NCBI GenBank assembly: GCA_038229915.1
Contig: JBBRNY010000001.1
Coordinates: 33,693 to 97,692, forward strand
Direction: 5' to 3'
Length of the DNA: 64,000 nt
DNA from: Candidatus Kapaibacterium sp.
GTDB lineage: Bacteria > Bacteroidota > Ignavibacteria > Palsa-1295
How positions within the stretch are numbered: position 1 is the stretch's first letter; each line of letters begins with the position of its first letter. The position numbers and the translations under genes are program-made. Below the pieces are notes generated by a model. The model saw only the letters and a program-made list of their open reading frames with translations. It did not search any database and was not told the DNA's origin. Positions 1 through 9,257 of the stretch are shown piece after piece.

Positions 1-1
1 A

Positions 2-154
2 ATGATTGCCGGTGATGTTATCAAAGGCGATATTGTTATCACATTCGGTGCCGGTTCGATTACCGAACAAGCTCCGAAGATCCTGCAGGCAATACGCCAA
101 CGCTCGAACGGCTCGAAAACACTTAAACACAAGCCGAACAAAGTAACTGCTTAA
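2..154 (+). CDS. murC: UDP-N-acetylmuramate--L-alanine ligase, 3' partial (MurC C-terminus)
   Basis: Open frame running off the window start, ending ...GDIVITFGAGSITEQAPKIL-stop at 152-154. This is a MurC-type C-terminal motif, and the gene sits directly upstream of murB in a dcw cluster. Confidence 0.6.
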   Translation: MIAGDVIKGDIVITFGAGSITEQAPKILQAIRQRSNGSKTLKHKPNKVTA

Positions 155-159
155 CTGTA

Positions 160-1236
160 ATGTCACAAAAAAAGTATATAACGATCGGATTCGACGCCAG
201 CCGCGAACCGCTCGATGAATTGTTTTGGGTCGAAGCCGAAGTTGATGGCTCATGGACAACGATCACCACCTGCGACCGTCTGCGCTCTCGACGTGAGATC
301 GTCGAGCATGTCAGTGCGCTTGATTCTGCATTGATCGGAGTTGATTTCGCTTGTAGTTTTCCGATAGGGTTTTTGGAATACGTTGCATCCCAAAAGGTCG
401 CAACGACCCACCGAGAACTCAGCAAAAAGATCAGACAAGACCTCAAGAAAAATACCGATGACGGTATCCGTGTTTGGATCGATCTGATGGCGGCATATCG
501 CGAATCGAATGTCGAAACTTCTGATGAAACGCGGGCAAGAATTTTCCGCGGCAATCAGCGCCCCGACAACCGTCGCCGCCCTGAAATACCGATCGTCGAG
601 CGTCGCACCTTGGTCGAGCGTTTCCGTCGTATCGAGCGCATCCTTCGTCGCCAACAGCCCGAAGCACTGACAACGACACTGGGCATTCGCTACAATAAAT
701 TGACGGCACGGTATGAATACACCGAGTCGAATGCACGCGGACGTGCCGCGATCATTGGTATTGCACTGCTCGAACAACTTCGCGAAGTAAAACCCGAGAT
801 CGCCATTTGGCCGTTCGATAAACCCGCAGCCCTGACGGTTGCCGAAGTTTTTCCGAAAATGTTCGATGAGAAAATGCGACTCAGCAATGACGCCCTTCGC
901 GAATATTTTGATAGCGAAGAAGATAATGCACTTCATATCCCCAAAGAAGTTCGCGAGCAGGTGTATGCTCATCCGAAAGCACGCGAGGCCGTGTTTGCAT
1001 TACTTGGGATATTGAGTGCCGAGCGCCGCGAAGACAAAACTCTTCGCCCGATCAGAGACTATCGTGATGGTTTTTATGAAAACCCTGAAATACAACTCGA
1101 AGGCTGGGCGTATGGGGTCGGCTATAAAGAATTTCGACCGGATCCTAAAAAAATTGTGATCGCCGAACCGACGACAGAAACTGTTTCGGTAACGGAAATT
1201 GCCGAGCCGGCTATTGCTTCAACTCCGCAGGAGTAA
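160..1236 (+). CDS. hypothetical protein in the dcw cluster between murC and murB (possible RNase H-like fold)
   Basis: 358-aa ORF that exactly fills the murC-murB gap on the same strand. N-terminus YITIGFDAS...ALIGVDFACSFPIGF resembles the beta1-Asp / beta-strand pattern of RNase H-like (DUF429-type) proteins. The central part is Arg/Glu-rich. I could not recognise any ATP-grasp (Ddl) motifs. Confidence 0.6.
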   Translation: MSQKKYITIGFDASREPLDELFWVEAEVDGSWTTITTCDRLRSRREIVEHVSALDSALIGVDFACSFPIGFLEYVASQKVATTHRELSKKIRQDLKKNTDDGIRVWIDLMAAYRESNVETSDETRARIFRGNQRPDNRRRPEIPIVERRTLVERFRRIERILRRQQPEALTTTLGIRYNKLTARYEYTESNARGRAAIIGIALLEQLREVKPEIAIWPFDKPAALTVAEVFPKMFDEKMRLSNDALREYFDSEEDNALHIPKEVREQVYAHPKAREAVFALLGILSAERREDKTLRPIRDYRDGFYENPEIQLEGWAYGVGYKEFRPDPKKIVIAEPTTETVSVTEIAEPAIASTPQE

Positions 1237-1239
1237 GGT

Positions 1240-2163
1240 GTGGATCATCTTCGCAACTTGAGAGAAAAACTTACCGGTACTATCCGCGAGGATGTACCTC
1301 TTGCGCCGTTTACGACATTTCGTATCGGCGGCAACGCAAAGATCTATGTCGAGCCTACCACCGCTGAAGATGTGATCACCATTGAGCAATATGTTGCCGA
1401 GCACCAGGTCCCGCTATTTATTATTGGTAACGGATCAAACGTCCTGATCAGTGACAGTGGCTTCGATGGCATTGTAATGAATTTGGAGACAGGGTTCAAT
1501 ACTCTTGCCTGTGATGAACAAATTGTTACGGTCGGTTCGGGTGTACGAATGGCCACATTTGTTGATTTTGTTATTCGCAATAAATTGCGAGGAGTTGAAA
1601 TGCTTGCCGGCATCCCCGCCACTATCGGCGGTGCTGTTTGGATGAATGCCGGTTGTTATGGCGGCGAAACAAGCGATCATCTTCTTGATGTTTCTATTAT
1701 CCGTGATCGTGCTCTGGTGAAATTAACAAAAGAGCAGTGTGGTTTTCGTTATCGCCATACTGGTTTTCTAAAAGATGATGTTGTCCTTTCAGCACGGTTT
1801 GCGTTTGAGATCGGCGACCCAGTCGAGCTTCGTGAAATTAAATTGAAGCATCTCAAACATCGTAATGATGTACAGCCCGTAAATCTACCCAACTGCGGTT
1901 CGGTATTCAAGAATCCGAAGCCGAGATTTAGCGCAGAGTTGATCGAACAAGTCGGTTTGAAAGGTACTCGAATCGGCGGTGCGCAGATCAGCCCTAAGCA
2001 CGCAAATTTTATTGTAAATATTGATCATGCATCGGCAAGTGACATTATCGCATTAATGAATCTTGCCAGAAAAAAAGTTTTTGATGAGCATCAAATCGTA
2101 CTCGAACCTGAAGTACAACTCATCGGCTTTGTTAGTGACCCCATCGTGAAGCTCCCGAACTGA
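1240..2163 (+). CDS. murB: UDP-N-acetylenolpyruvoylglucosamine reductase
   Basis: GTG start. LAPFTTFRIGGNAKIYVEP and FIIGNGSNVLISDSGFDGIVMNL form an FAD-binding MurB signature, in dcw context. Confidence 0.9.
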   Translation: MDHLRNLREKLTGTIREDVPLAPFTTFRIGGNAKIYVEPTTAEDVITIEQYVAEHQVPLFIIGNGSNVLISDSGFDGIVMNLETGFNTLACDEQIVTVGSGVRMATFVDFVIRNKLRGVEMLAGIPATIGGAVWMNAGCYGGETSDHLLDVSIIRDRALVKLTKEQCGFRYRHTGFLKDDVVLSARFAFEIGDPVELREIKLKHLKHRNDVQPVNLPNCGSVFKNPKPRFSAELIEQVGLKGTRIGGAQISPKHANFIVNIDHASASDIIALMNLARKKVFDEHQIVLEPEVQLIGFVSDPIVKLPN

Positions 2164-2221
2164 ATCTCGTTTTCAAAGACAAGGTAATTGAGCGGATGTA
2201 TGTACTTCAGAAAGAAGCAAC

Positions 2222-3283
2222 GTGCAACTGCATATCAAACGACCAGGAAAGGATCATCACGAAGCATCGCCGAGAGGCTATGCTCCGCTTGATGAAGTAC
2301 GTCCTATCGAAGAACTCCTCGAAGAGTCGTTTCATAGTGATGGTGATCTCCTGGACACTGAAAGATCAAGCTGGAAGACATCGCGCTTGATCCCAAGAAT
2401 GTTATTCGTTGGCGCAATACTCTTGCTATTGGGTATTGTGTTTTTTGCGCGTGAGTTTCAATCTGGCGAGCCGTTGCAATCAGTGCGTGTCGAGGGCAAT
2501 CACGAGTTAATGACCAGCGAAGTACTCTCGCTTGCTTCGATCGACAGATCACACAAGTTCTACGACATCGATCTCAAAGGCATCGAACAGCGTGTGGCAA
2601 AGCACGGGCTTGTTCGTCAGGTCAGCATTCGCCGCGAAACGCACCCAAACACTATCGTTATTCATATTGATGAGCGCACTCCGATCGCGATGATCCGCTC
2701 GGCAAGTGGCGATCCTATTCTCGTTGATAATGATTTTCGTTTTTTCTTGCCAAAAAAACTTTCGGGTTTGCTTGACCCAAATAAATTACTGGCTGTGCCG
2801 GTACTAACGGGTATTACCGAAAAAGATACCGTTGCAATATTAGAAATGTCGCACATCGTCCATGAGATCACCACGACGGGTGATAGTTCGCTGCGCGAAG
2901 CCATCGGCGAATTGCGCCGCGCGCCGACCGGGGCATATGTGATCTATACTTCATTTTCGATGACACCGATCTTCATCGGCTCGCCGAGCGATGTTCGGTT
3001 TATGACAACCATCGAGCGCGACAGCAAGACATCGCAAAGCGCAAATGAACAGCGTCTGTTCGATCATCAGATCCAACTTCTGGCAAAACTATGGAAGCAA
3101 CAGTTGCGCAATGAAATTTGGTCACGTTCAACACTCTATGTAGATGCCCGTTTCAATGGACAAATCATTGTCCATCGCAAGGAGCACTCTGCAACAGCTA
3201 CCATTGCGATCGATAGCGCAAAGCGCCCGATCGCCTCGGCAGATCAGACATCCGGAGTTTACACTACAACCGCAGGACAATAA
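2222..3283 (+). CDS. ftsQ: cell division protein FtsQ (POTRA domain)
   Basis: Cytoplasmic N-terminus, one TM segment (LIPRMLFVGAILLLLGIVFFA), then a POTRA-like VRVEGNHELMTSEVLSLASI. Position between murB and ftsA. Confidence 0.8.
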   Translation: MQLHIKRPGKDHHEASPRGYAPLDEVRPIEELLEESFHSDGDLLDTERSSWKTSRLIPRMLFVGAILLLLGIVFFAREFQSGEPLQSVRVEGNHELMTSEVLSLASIDRSHKFYDIDLKGIEQRVAKHGLVRQVSIRRETHPNTIVIHIDERTPIAMIRSASGDPILVDNDFRFFLPKKLSGLLDPNKLLAVPVLTGITEKDTVAILEMSHIVHEITTTGDSSLREAIGELRRAPTGAYVIYTSFSMTPIFIGSPSDVRFMTTIERDSKTSQSANEQRLFDHQIQLLAKLWKQQLRNEIWSRSTLYVDARFNGQIIVHRKEHSATATIAIDSAKRPIASADQTSGVYTTTAGQ

Positions 3284-4656
3284 TGCAATACAACGAACAC
3301 TATCATCCATCAAAACCGTCGCCGATGTCATCGGCGCCAATGATCGGCGTGCCGGCAATGCTCGAACCGAGTAGGATCATTGTTGGTCTCGATATCGGCA
3401 CCACCAAAGTGTGCGCTATCGTTGCCGCGGTCTCTCTGAACGAGCCACATTCGATGACCATCCTTGGTGTCGGCACAGTTGCCGCCGATGGGCTGTCACG
3501 CGGAGTTGTGACGAACATTGATAAAACTGTTCGCTCGATAGAGCGTGCTGTTGCCGAAGCCGAGGCACAGTCGGGCGTAAAGATTCGCGAAGTGGTTGTT
3601 GGTATTGCGGGCGATCACATCCAATCATTCCAATCACGCGGTGTAGTGACGATCTCGAATCAAGATCGTCAGATCCGCCCCGAAGATATAGGGCGTTTGC
3701 TCGAAGACGTGAAGCGTATTCATCTGCCAAGCGACAGAAAGATCTTGCACGTGATCGCACAAGAGTTTATTGTTGACGGACAAGACGGATTTTACGAAGA
3801 ACCTGTCGGAGTCTCGGGCGTTCGTCTCGAGGCTACTGTTCACGTGATCAATGGCTTGGTTACTGCGGTGCAAAATATTTATAATTGCGTCGAGCGCGCG
3901 GGTTTGCGCGTTCACGACATTGTACTCGAACCACTTGCATCAAGTTATTCGGTTCTTGATGAAAAGGAAAAAGAAGCAGGCGTTGCACTCGTTGATATTG
4001 GTGGCGGCACAACTGATATTGCCGTCTTTGAAGAAAAAACTATTCGACATACGGCAGTGATCGGTATTGCCGGGCAAAAAGTGACTGAAGATATTCGCCG
4101 TGGCTTACAAATTCTTGGCGATCAGGCTGAGCGTCTCAAACGCGAATACGGTTGCGCTGTAGTGTCGCATATCGTTCGCGATGAGATCATTCAGCTTCCG
4201 GGTCTTGCCGGTCGTAAGCCGCGCCAGATACCACGTTCGCTCCTTGCACGTATTATCCAACCGCGTATGGAAGAAATGCTCGAGTTCTCGTATAACGAGA
4301 TCAAGCGTTCAGGTTTTGCGAGAAATCTTGGCGCCGGTGTCGTTCTGACTGGCGGAGGTTCGATGATCAATAGCACTCGCGAACTTGCCGAAGCTATTTT
4401 TAATATGGATGTCAAGATCGGAATGCCGATGAGTTTCGGCGCCGGGCTTGTCAAAGAGATCGAATCGCCGGTCTATGCCACTGCGGTCGGGCTGGTGTTG
4501 TATGCGTTCAAGAATTGCTCCCCAAGCTCATTGCCATCGTTCGTTGAAGAAGAACGCTCGAGCAATCAGCACGAAGAAGAATACATCGAAGATGAAGAGT
4601 CGCGCGAGAAACCGAACGTCATTGAAAAAATGAAACGTTGGTTTGAACATTTATAA
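3283..4656 (+). CDS. ftsA: cell division protein FtsA
   Basis: IVGLDIGTTKVCAIVA actin-like phosphate-1 motif and VDIGGGTTDIAVF. The ATG overlaps the ftsQ stop (ATAATG). An internal Met near 3358 (MLEPSRIIVGLD) is an alternative start. Confidence 0.9.
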   Translation: MQYNEHYHPSKPSPMSSAPMIGVPAMLEPSRIIVGLDIGTTKVCAIVAAVSLNEPHSMTILGVGTVAADGLSRGVVTNIDKTVRSIERAVAEAEAQSGVKIREVVVGIAGDHIQSFQSRGVVTISNQDRQIRPEDIGRLLEDVKRIHLPSDRKILHVIAQEFIVDGQDGFYEEPVGVSGVRLEATVHVINGLVTAVQNIYNCVERAGLRVHDIVLEPLASSYSVLDEKEKEAGVALVDIGGGTTDIAVFEEKTIRHTAVIGIAGQKVTEDIRRGLQILGDQAERLKREYGCAVVSHIVRDEIIQLPGLAGRKPRQIPRSLLARIIQPRMEEMLEFSYNEIKRSGFARNLGAGVVLTGGGSMINSTRELAEAIFNMDVKIGMPMSFGAGLVKEIESPVYATAVGLVLYAFKNCSPSSLPSFVEEERSSNQHEEEYIEDEESREKPNVIEKMKRWFEHL

Positions 4657-4696
4657 TAATTTTTATACACGTTAGTATTTGTTGGAGGATAGAACA

Positions 4697-6184
4697 ATGA
4701 TCGAACTCGATAGCAAAGAAGATTACGGCGCCAGAATAAAAGTCATCGGTATCGGCGGCGGCGGATCAAATGCCGTCAACGCGATGATCGACCGCGGACT
4801 CATCGGCGTAGAGTTTTGTGTGCTCAACACAGACATCCAAGCCTTGCAAGCTTCAGCGGCATCGCTGAAATTGCAGATCGGCAAACACCTCACTCGTGGG
4901 CTCGGTGCAGGTGCAAACCCTGACATTGGTCGTCGCGCTGTCGATGAAGATCACGAAGAAATTTCGCGATTGATCGGCAATAGTGATATGGTCTTTGTCA
5001 CTGCAGGTATGGGCGGCGGCACTGGTACCGGTGGCGCAGCACGCGTCGCGCAGATCGCCAAAGAGTGTGGTGCGCTTGTCGTAGGTATTGTCACTAAGCC
5101 ATTTCTTTTTGAAGGGAAGCGTCGTTTTCAACAAGCCGAAGACGGCATTCAAGAACTTCGCAAAAATGTTGATACGCTGATCGTTATTCCAAATCAAAAG
5201 TTGTTGGCACTTGTCGCTGAAAGCACTTCGCTACTTGACGGATTTGAAATAGCAAATCAAGTCTTATACAATGCTACTCGTGGCATTAGCGAACTCATTA
5301 CTCGTCACGGACATATCAACGTCGATTTTGCAGATGTTCGTACAGTAATGACCGATATGGGTGATGCCATTATGGGTGCCGGAGTTGCAAGCGGTGCGCA
5401 CCGGTCGGCAATTGCTGCTGAGAATGCGATCAGTTCTCCATTACTCGAAGGTGTTTCGATCCAGGGTGCACAAGGTGTCTTGGTAAATATCACTGGCGGG
5501 CGCTCGATGACACTGCTCGAAGTCAGTGAAGCAACGCAGATCATTCACGATGCAGCGGGCGACGACGCAAATATTATCTTCGGCGCTGTGCTCGATGAAA
5601 CGATGGACGAAGAGATCATGGTCACCGTGATCGCAACAGGATTTAATAACAAACCGACATTCACCGGGTTTGCAATTCAAGATAAAAATACTGTTCCATT
5701 CATCCCTGCCGAAGAAGCTCTCGGAGCAAAGCAAAAGCCATCGGTCGTGAGAATGACTCAGCCTATCAGTGCTGATGAATATGAAGCTCGAAAGAAGATC
5801 ATCGCTTCATCCCCACATCAGCATGAGCAGCACGAAGAGATGATCGCTGATGCGCAGCCGAAAGTTGAGCGTATGTCCAGAGGTACACTCGGCGAACGTG
5901 AAGAAAGCCCGAATGCTTTTGACCGTCTATCGGCAGGGGCGTTCCGTGCTTCGTCGATCAGATTGACACCTCAGAATGAAACATCACACGTCCCAAGCGG
6001 ACCGCGTGACCTGAAAGAATATGATACACCGGCGTATTTGCGTCGTGGTATTAATATCCCGACCATCGAAGAGCAAGAGGTCTCCGTCGAGCAAGAGCAG
6101 CCAGTATTTGAAGATAGCTATACTGCCGCACCTGTTCGCGAGCGCGACGACCGCCCGACGTTCTTAAGAAAAATTATGGATTGA
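4697..6184 (+). CDS. ftsZ: cell division GTPase FtsZ
   Basis: GGAGGA ribosome-binding site 7 nt upstream of the [20 protein letters not shown] and [11 protein letters not shown] are tubulin-like GTP motifs. Long disordered linker and a C-terminal [10 protein letters not shown] peptide. Confidence 0.95.
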   Translation: MIELDSKEDYGARIKVIGIGGGGSNAVNAMIDRGLIGVEFCVLNTDIQALQASAASLKLQIGKHLTRGLGAGANPDIGRRAVDEDHEEISRLIGNSDMVFVTAGMGGGTGTGGAARVAQIAKECGALVVGIVTKPFLFEGKRRFQQAEDGIQELRKNVDTLIVIPNQKLLALVAESTSLLDGFEIANQVLYNATRGISELITRHGHINVDFADVRTVMTDMGDAIMGAGVASGAHRSAIAAENAISSPLLEGVSIQGAQGVLVNITGGRSMTLLEVSEATQIIHDAAGDDANIIFGAVLDETMDEEIMVTVIATGFNNKPTFTGFAIQDKNTVPFIPAEEALGAKQKPSVVRMTQPISADEYEARKKIIASSPHQHEQHEEMIADAQPKVERMSRGTLGEREESPNAFDRLSAGAFRASSIRLTPQNETSHVPSGPRDLKEYDTPAYLRRGINIPTIEEQEVSVEQEQPVFEDSYTAAPVRERDDRPTFLRKIMD

Positions 6185-6202
6185 TCACATCACTACAATA
6201 CG

Positions 6203-6535
6203 ATGATACAACATTCAATGACATCTACCACATTTGATATCGAAGGATACAAAGTGGTAAAAACATTTGGTATGGTGCGTGGCATCATTGTGCGGTCACG
6301 TTCGGTGATCGGCAATATTGGCGCCGCATTTCAGATGTTCGTCGGCGGTAACATTAGCATCTATACCAAGCTGTGCGAGGAAGCACGCGAGCATTCATTT
6401 CAGTTGCTTCTCGAACACGCTGACTCGATGGGCGCGAATGCGATTATCGGCGTTCGCTATGATGCAACCGAGATCGCCGCAGGAGTGAGCGAGGTTCTTT
6501 GTTACGGAACTGCCGTGATGGTAGAAAAGAAATAA
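6203..6535 (+). CDS. ybjQ: YbjQ/UPF0145 family protein
   Basis: 110 aa; YKVVKTFGMVRGIIVRSRSVIGNIGAAF...GANAIIGVRYDATEI...VLCYGTAVMV matches the YbjQ (DUF74) fold signature. Confidence 0.85.
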   Translation: MIQHSMTSTTFDIEGYKVVKTFGMVRGIIVRSRSVIGNIGAAFQMFVGGNISIYTKLCEEAREHSFQLLLEHADSMGANAIIGVRYDATEIAAGVSEVLCYGTAVMVEKK

Positions 6536-6552
6536 TCTTGAGTCTTAACCAT

Positions 6553-6594
6553 AAAAAAAGCCTTGCTCTTTCTGAGCAAGGCTTTTTTATTTAT
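6553..6594. terminator. bidirectional rho-independent terminator
   Basis: A-tract, GCCTTGCTC, 5-nt loop, GAGCAAGGC, then TTTTTTATTTAT, between the convergent ybjQ and the 6608-8236 gene. Confidence 0.8.
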
Positions 6595-6607
6595 ACAAAT
6601 GTAATAC

Positions 6608-8236
6608 TTATTGGCGAATCACCAAAACATTAAATCTCTCGCCGTTCGGGATATTGGTTGCTTGATCTTCGAGAAATATTTCCCAACGATTTGCTGCGCC
6701 ATTCCATTGGACACCGTAACCGAGTCCGTCAAACACACCACCACCAAGATTTTTCTTGAGCGGTGCCGCTACTGATTGATGAGTGACAAGCACAATATCG
6801 CTCTGGAGCATTCCGGGATAATTTAAGAATGTCACCCACGGGGAATTTGCGATAATATTTGCGGCTCCGACTGTATGAACATAGGCGGTTTTAGAATTAC
6901 CACCAACTTTAATAAAGCCATTATCAATATACAAAGATGTTCCGCTGGTACTGTTACCACTGTATCCGGCTTTCACACCGACACCGGTTGCGCTCTCGCC
7001 ATAAACTCCTGCTGCCGAAGTACCTGTCGAGCTGAGGCCATGAACACCGTAACCGTTACTGAGTGTAGATAGTCCTTGCACACCATCCCCTGCGCTTGAT
7101 GTCCCGGCGACGCCGATCGCTACATCAGTTGTTCCAAAGACACCAATTCCTGTTGAAACAGTTGGGTTTGGTCCGCTATTGCCGACAAGCCCATACACGC
7201 CGATATTTCCACTCGACCCGTACACACCTTTGCCGTTGTTATCGCTGCTAAAACCCCAAACACCATTGACTCCGGTACCTTTTATACCGACACTGCCATT
7301 TGTATTAGTAATAGACATTGATGGGCTTGGCGAGTTATCACTTTGTACAAAAGGCAAAGAAATGGTGACATTCGTTGGCTCCCATGAATTATTAGCGGCA
7401 TTCCAAATAAGTGCTTGCGTGTTTTGTGGCACGTTCGCACTGACATTAAAATTTCTGATCTTCGCAACATTCGGATTTGGATAACTACCGATCAAGTCAC
7501 CATTTGCTGGTCCCGTCGGTGGCAGCTCTATCGGGATTACTCCTGGAGCAATTTTGAAAAGCGTTACCGAACTATCAGTGATCTTTTGAGTACCTATTGA
7601 TCCATCGGTGACACTAAGAGTTGCCACGGGGCCGTTTGCATTGAGAACTGTAATACTTCCATCGGTATTTTGGACGCCCTGTACACCGCTTGCACCAGCA
7701 CCACCGCTCGAGCTGATCGTGATCTTTTTTGTTGCGACATCTTTATTGATGGTCGTCGACCCACCACCCACGAGCACTACATCGCCAAGAAGTGCATTCA
7801 AACTTGAGACCCCAGCAGTACCACCACCGCCACCGACAACACTGCCAGCCACATCGGCATAAGAAGCGCGAAGTGCGTACGGAGCCGATACTAATGCCGT
7901 TCGTGGGCTGAGTTCTGTGCCGCCATCGACACTCACTCCGAGAAAATATGCACGATCAAATGCTACGGTCACAGGAATTTCTGTCACTGAACCAATGATC
8001 GCATTGAATATGCCTTTAACAACTGGCACTGTTTGAACTTCAGTGAAGATCGCCACAGCACCCGAAGCACTTTCATAGAGCTTAAGAGTTAGTTGATGAT
8101 TCCCGTTCGGGATCAAATTCCCTGACGCATCGCTCAGAACACCCTGATAACTTATCGTGCGTGGGATCTGTGCAAAAGCTGTTGCCGATGACAACGACAA
8201 GAGTATGAGAAAACAAAATGTAGCAACGTGTTTCAT
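6608..8236 (-). CDS. secreted Gly-rich repetitive protein (beta-helix/tail-fibre-like surface protein)
   Basis: Signal peptide MKHVATFCFLILLSLSSATAFAQ. N-terminal ISYQGVLSD...LTLKLYES...FTEVQTVPVVKGIFNAIIGS module resembles the conserved head of FCB-group tail-fibre-like proteins. About 140 aa of Gly/Ser/Val periodic repeats (GVYGSSGNIGVYGLVGNSG, GVFGTT..GVAGTS..). No T9SS C-terminal domain. Confidence 0.6.
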   Translation of the reverse strand: MKHVATFCFLILLSLSSATAFAQIPRTISYQGVLSDASGNLIPNGNHQLTLKLYESASGAVAIFTEVQTVPVVKGIFNAIIGSVTEIPVTVAFDRAYFLGVSVDGGTELSPRTALVSAPYALRASYADVAGSVVGGGGGTAGVSSLNALLGDVVLVGGGSTTINKDVATKKITISSSGGAGASGVQGVQNTDGSITVLNANGPVATLSVTDGSIGTQKITDSSVTLFKIAPGVIPIELPPTGPANGDLIGSYPNPNVAKIRNFNVSANVPQNTQALIWNAANNSWEPTNVTISLPFVQSDNSPSPSMSITNTNGSVGIKGTGVNGVWGFSSDNNGKGVYGSSGNIGVYGLVGNSGPNPTVSTGIGVFGTTDVAIGVAGTSSAGDGVQGLSTLSNGYGVHGLSSTGTSAAGVYGESATGVGVKAGYSGNSTSGTSLYIDNGFIKVGGNSKTAYVHTVGAANIIANSPWVTFLNYPGMLQSDIVLVTHQSVAAPLKKNLGGGVFDGLGYGVQWNGAANRWEIFLEDQATNIPNGERFNVLVIRQ

Positions 8237-8420
8237 ATCTTTACAATTTAAATTTTCACCACAATTCGATAGGTAAGATGCGAGCAAGAGTAATCCAATC
8301 GAAGCTACCCGTTTTTACTTTCGGATCTCTTCGGTTGAGCTACGGACAAGACGCCTTACCACAAGGCAAAAACACCTTATTCTTTAAACGACTGATCAAA
8401 TCAGTTTGTGACAGGAATCT

Positions 8421-8457
8421 TTAAAAAAGAAAGGCGGACTTAGAGTCCGCCTTTTGA
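8421..8457 (-). terminator. rho-independent terminator for the lipoprotein gene
   Basis: GGCGGACT, TAG, AGTCCGCC stem with flanking A/T tracts. Read on the minus strand it is a hairpin followed by UUUCUUUUUU. Confidence 0.7.
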
Positions 8458-8476
8458 TACAACTGATGATATCCTC

Positions 8477-9199
8477 TTACTTTTTGAGGTTCTCATCCTT
8501 CCCGAGGTCCCACTGCATAATATATCTGCCGCGTTGGTCGTACCAATGGCCGTGGTCTTCCGGTGCGCCGGGTCCGGTGGATGGGGCACTCGATCGACTC
8601 AGGAGTTGAAGATTTGAAATTTCGGTTGATGCATCATAGATCGTACGTTGAAGGATCAGTCCAAGATCGCGAGCAAAGAAACGAACAACATAACTGCCGT
8701 CGCTCTTGGTATTGTCGATATACTTGACTGCAACAACATCATGAATAACCTCCTGATGTCCGGGTAGGTAATAATCTGTATATCTTCCGACAACCGTTGC
8801 TTCGATCTGATCCGATTTATCGGCAAACCATTTCGAGCCAACAGAAAGATCACCTTGTAATGCTATGGTCCCTTGGTCAGAGCCCGTCTCGGAGAGAATG
8901 CATTGTTGAATTCCTGCATTGGAAGAACCAACTTTGTAGTAGTAGAGCACCGAATTATTAGTACCCGTGTCCTTTTTTATAAGCTTTGCATAACTGTCAT
9001 ACGCCACACCGACAATGATCTGATAGGTTGTGGTATCTGTGACAGTTGTCGTGCCTTCGGAATAGACATACTGGGTGCCGTTGACCGTAGGGAAAAAATA
9101 CTGGTCGGCAGGTGCATTTGCCGGAAGGCTTGGGCTTGTCGGGGCGTTACAAGAAGCAAGGAATATTCCAAGGAAAAGAAAAACCAGATTTTTTTTCAT
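8477..9199 (-). CDS. hypothetical lipoprotein
   Basis: MKKNLVFLFLGIFLASC lipobox. 240 aa, Thr/Tyr/Gly-rich, beta-rich. Confidence 0.6.
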   Translation of the reverse strand: MKKNLVFLFLGIFLASCNAPTSPSLPANAPADQYFFPTVNGTQYVYSEGTTTVTDTTTYQIIVGVAYDSYAKLIKKDTGTNNSVLYYYKVGSSNAGIQQCILSETGSDQGTIALQGDLSVGSKWFADKSDQIEATVVGRYTDYYLPGHQEVIHDVVAVKYIDNTKSDGSYVVRFFARDLGLILQRTIYDASTEISNLQLLSRSSAPSTGPGAPEDHGHWYDQRGRYIMQWDLGKDENLKK

Positions 9200-9257
9200 A
9201 CTAATTCCTCCTCAAAAATTCACACTGCTATTTAGTTAGTCCTACACAAGCAATGCT

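Noticed and set aside
250-972. 240-aa minus-strand ORF antisense to the dcw-inserted gene
   Set aside because: Cys-rich, low-complexity translation with no motifs. It lies wholly inside the well-supported plus-strand ORF that fits the murC-murB spacing. It is an antisense shadow frame.
2196-2390. 64-aa plus-strand ORF overlapping the ftsQ 5' end in another frame
   Set aside because: Out of frame with the POTRA-containing FtsQ reading frame and without features of its own. Spurious.
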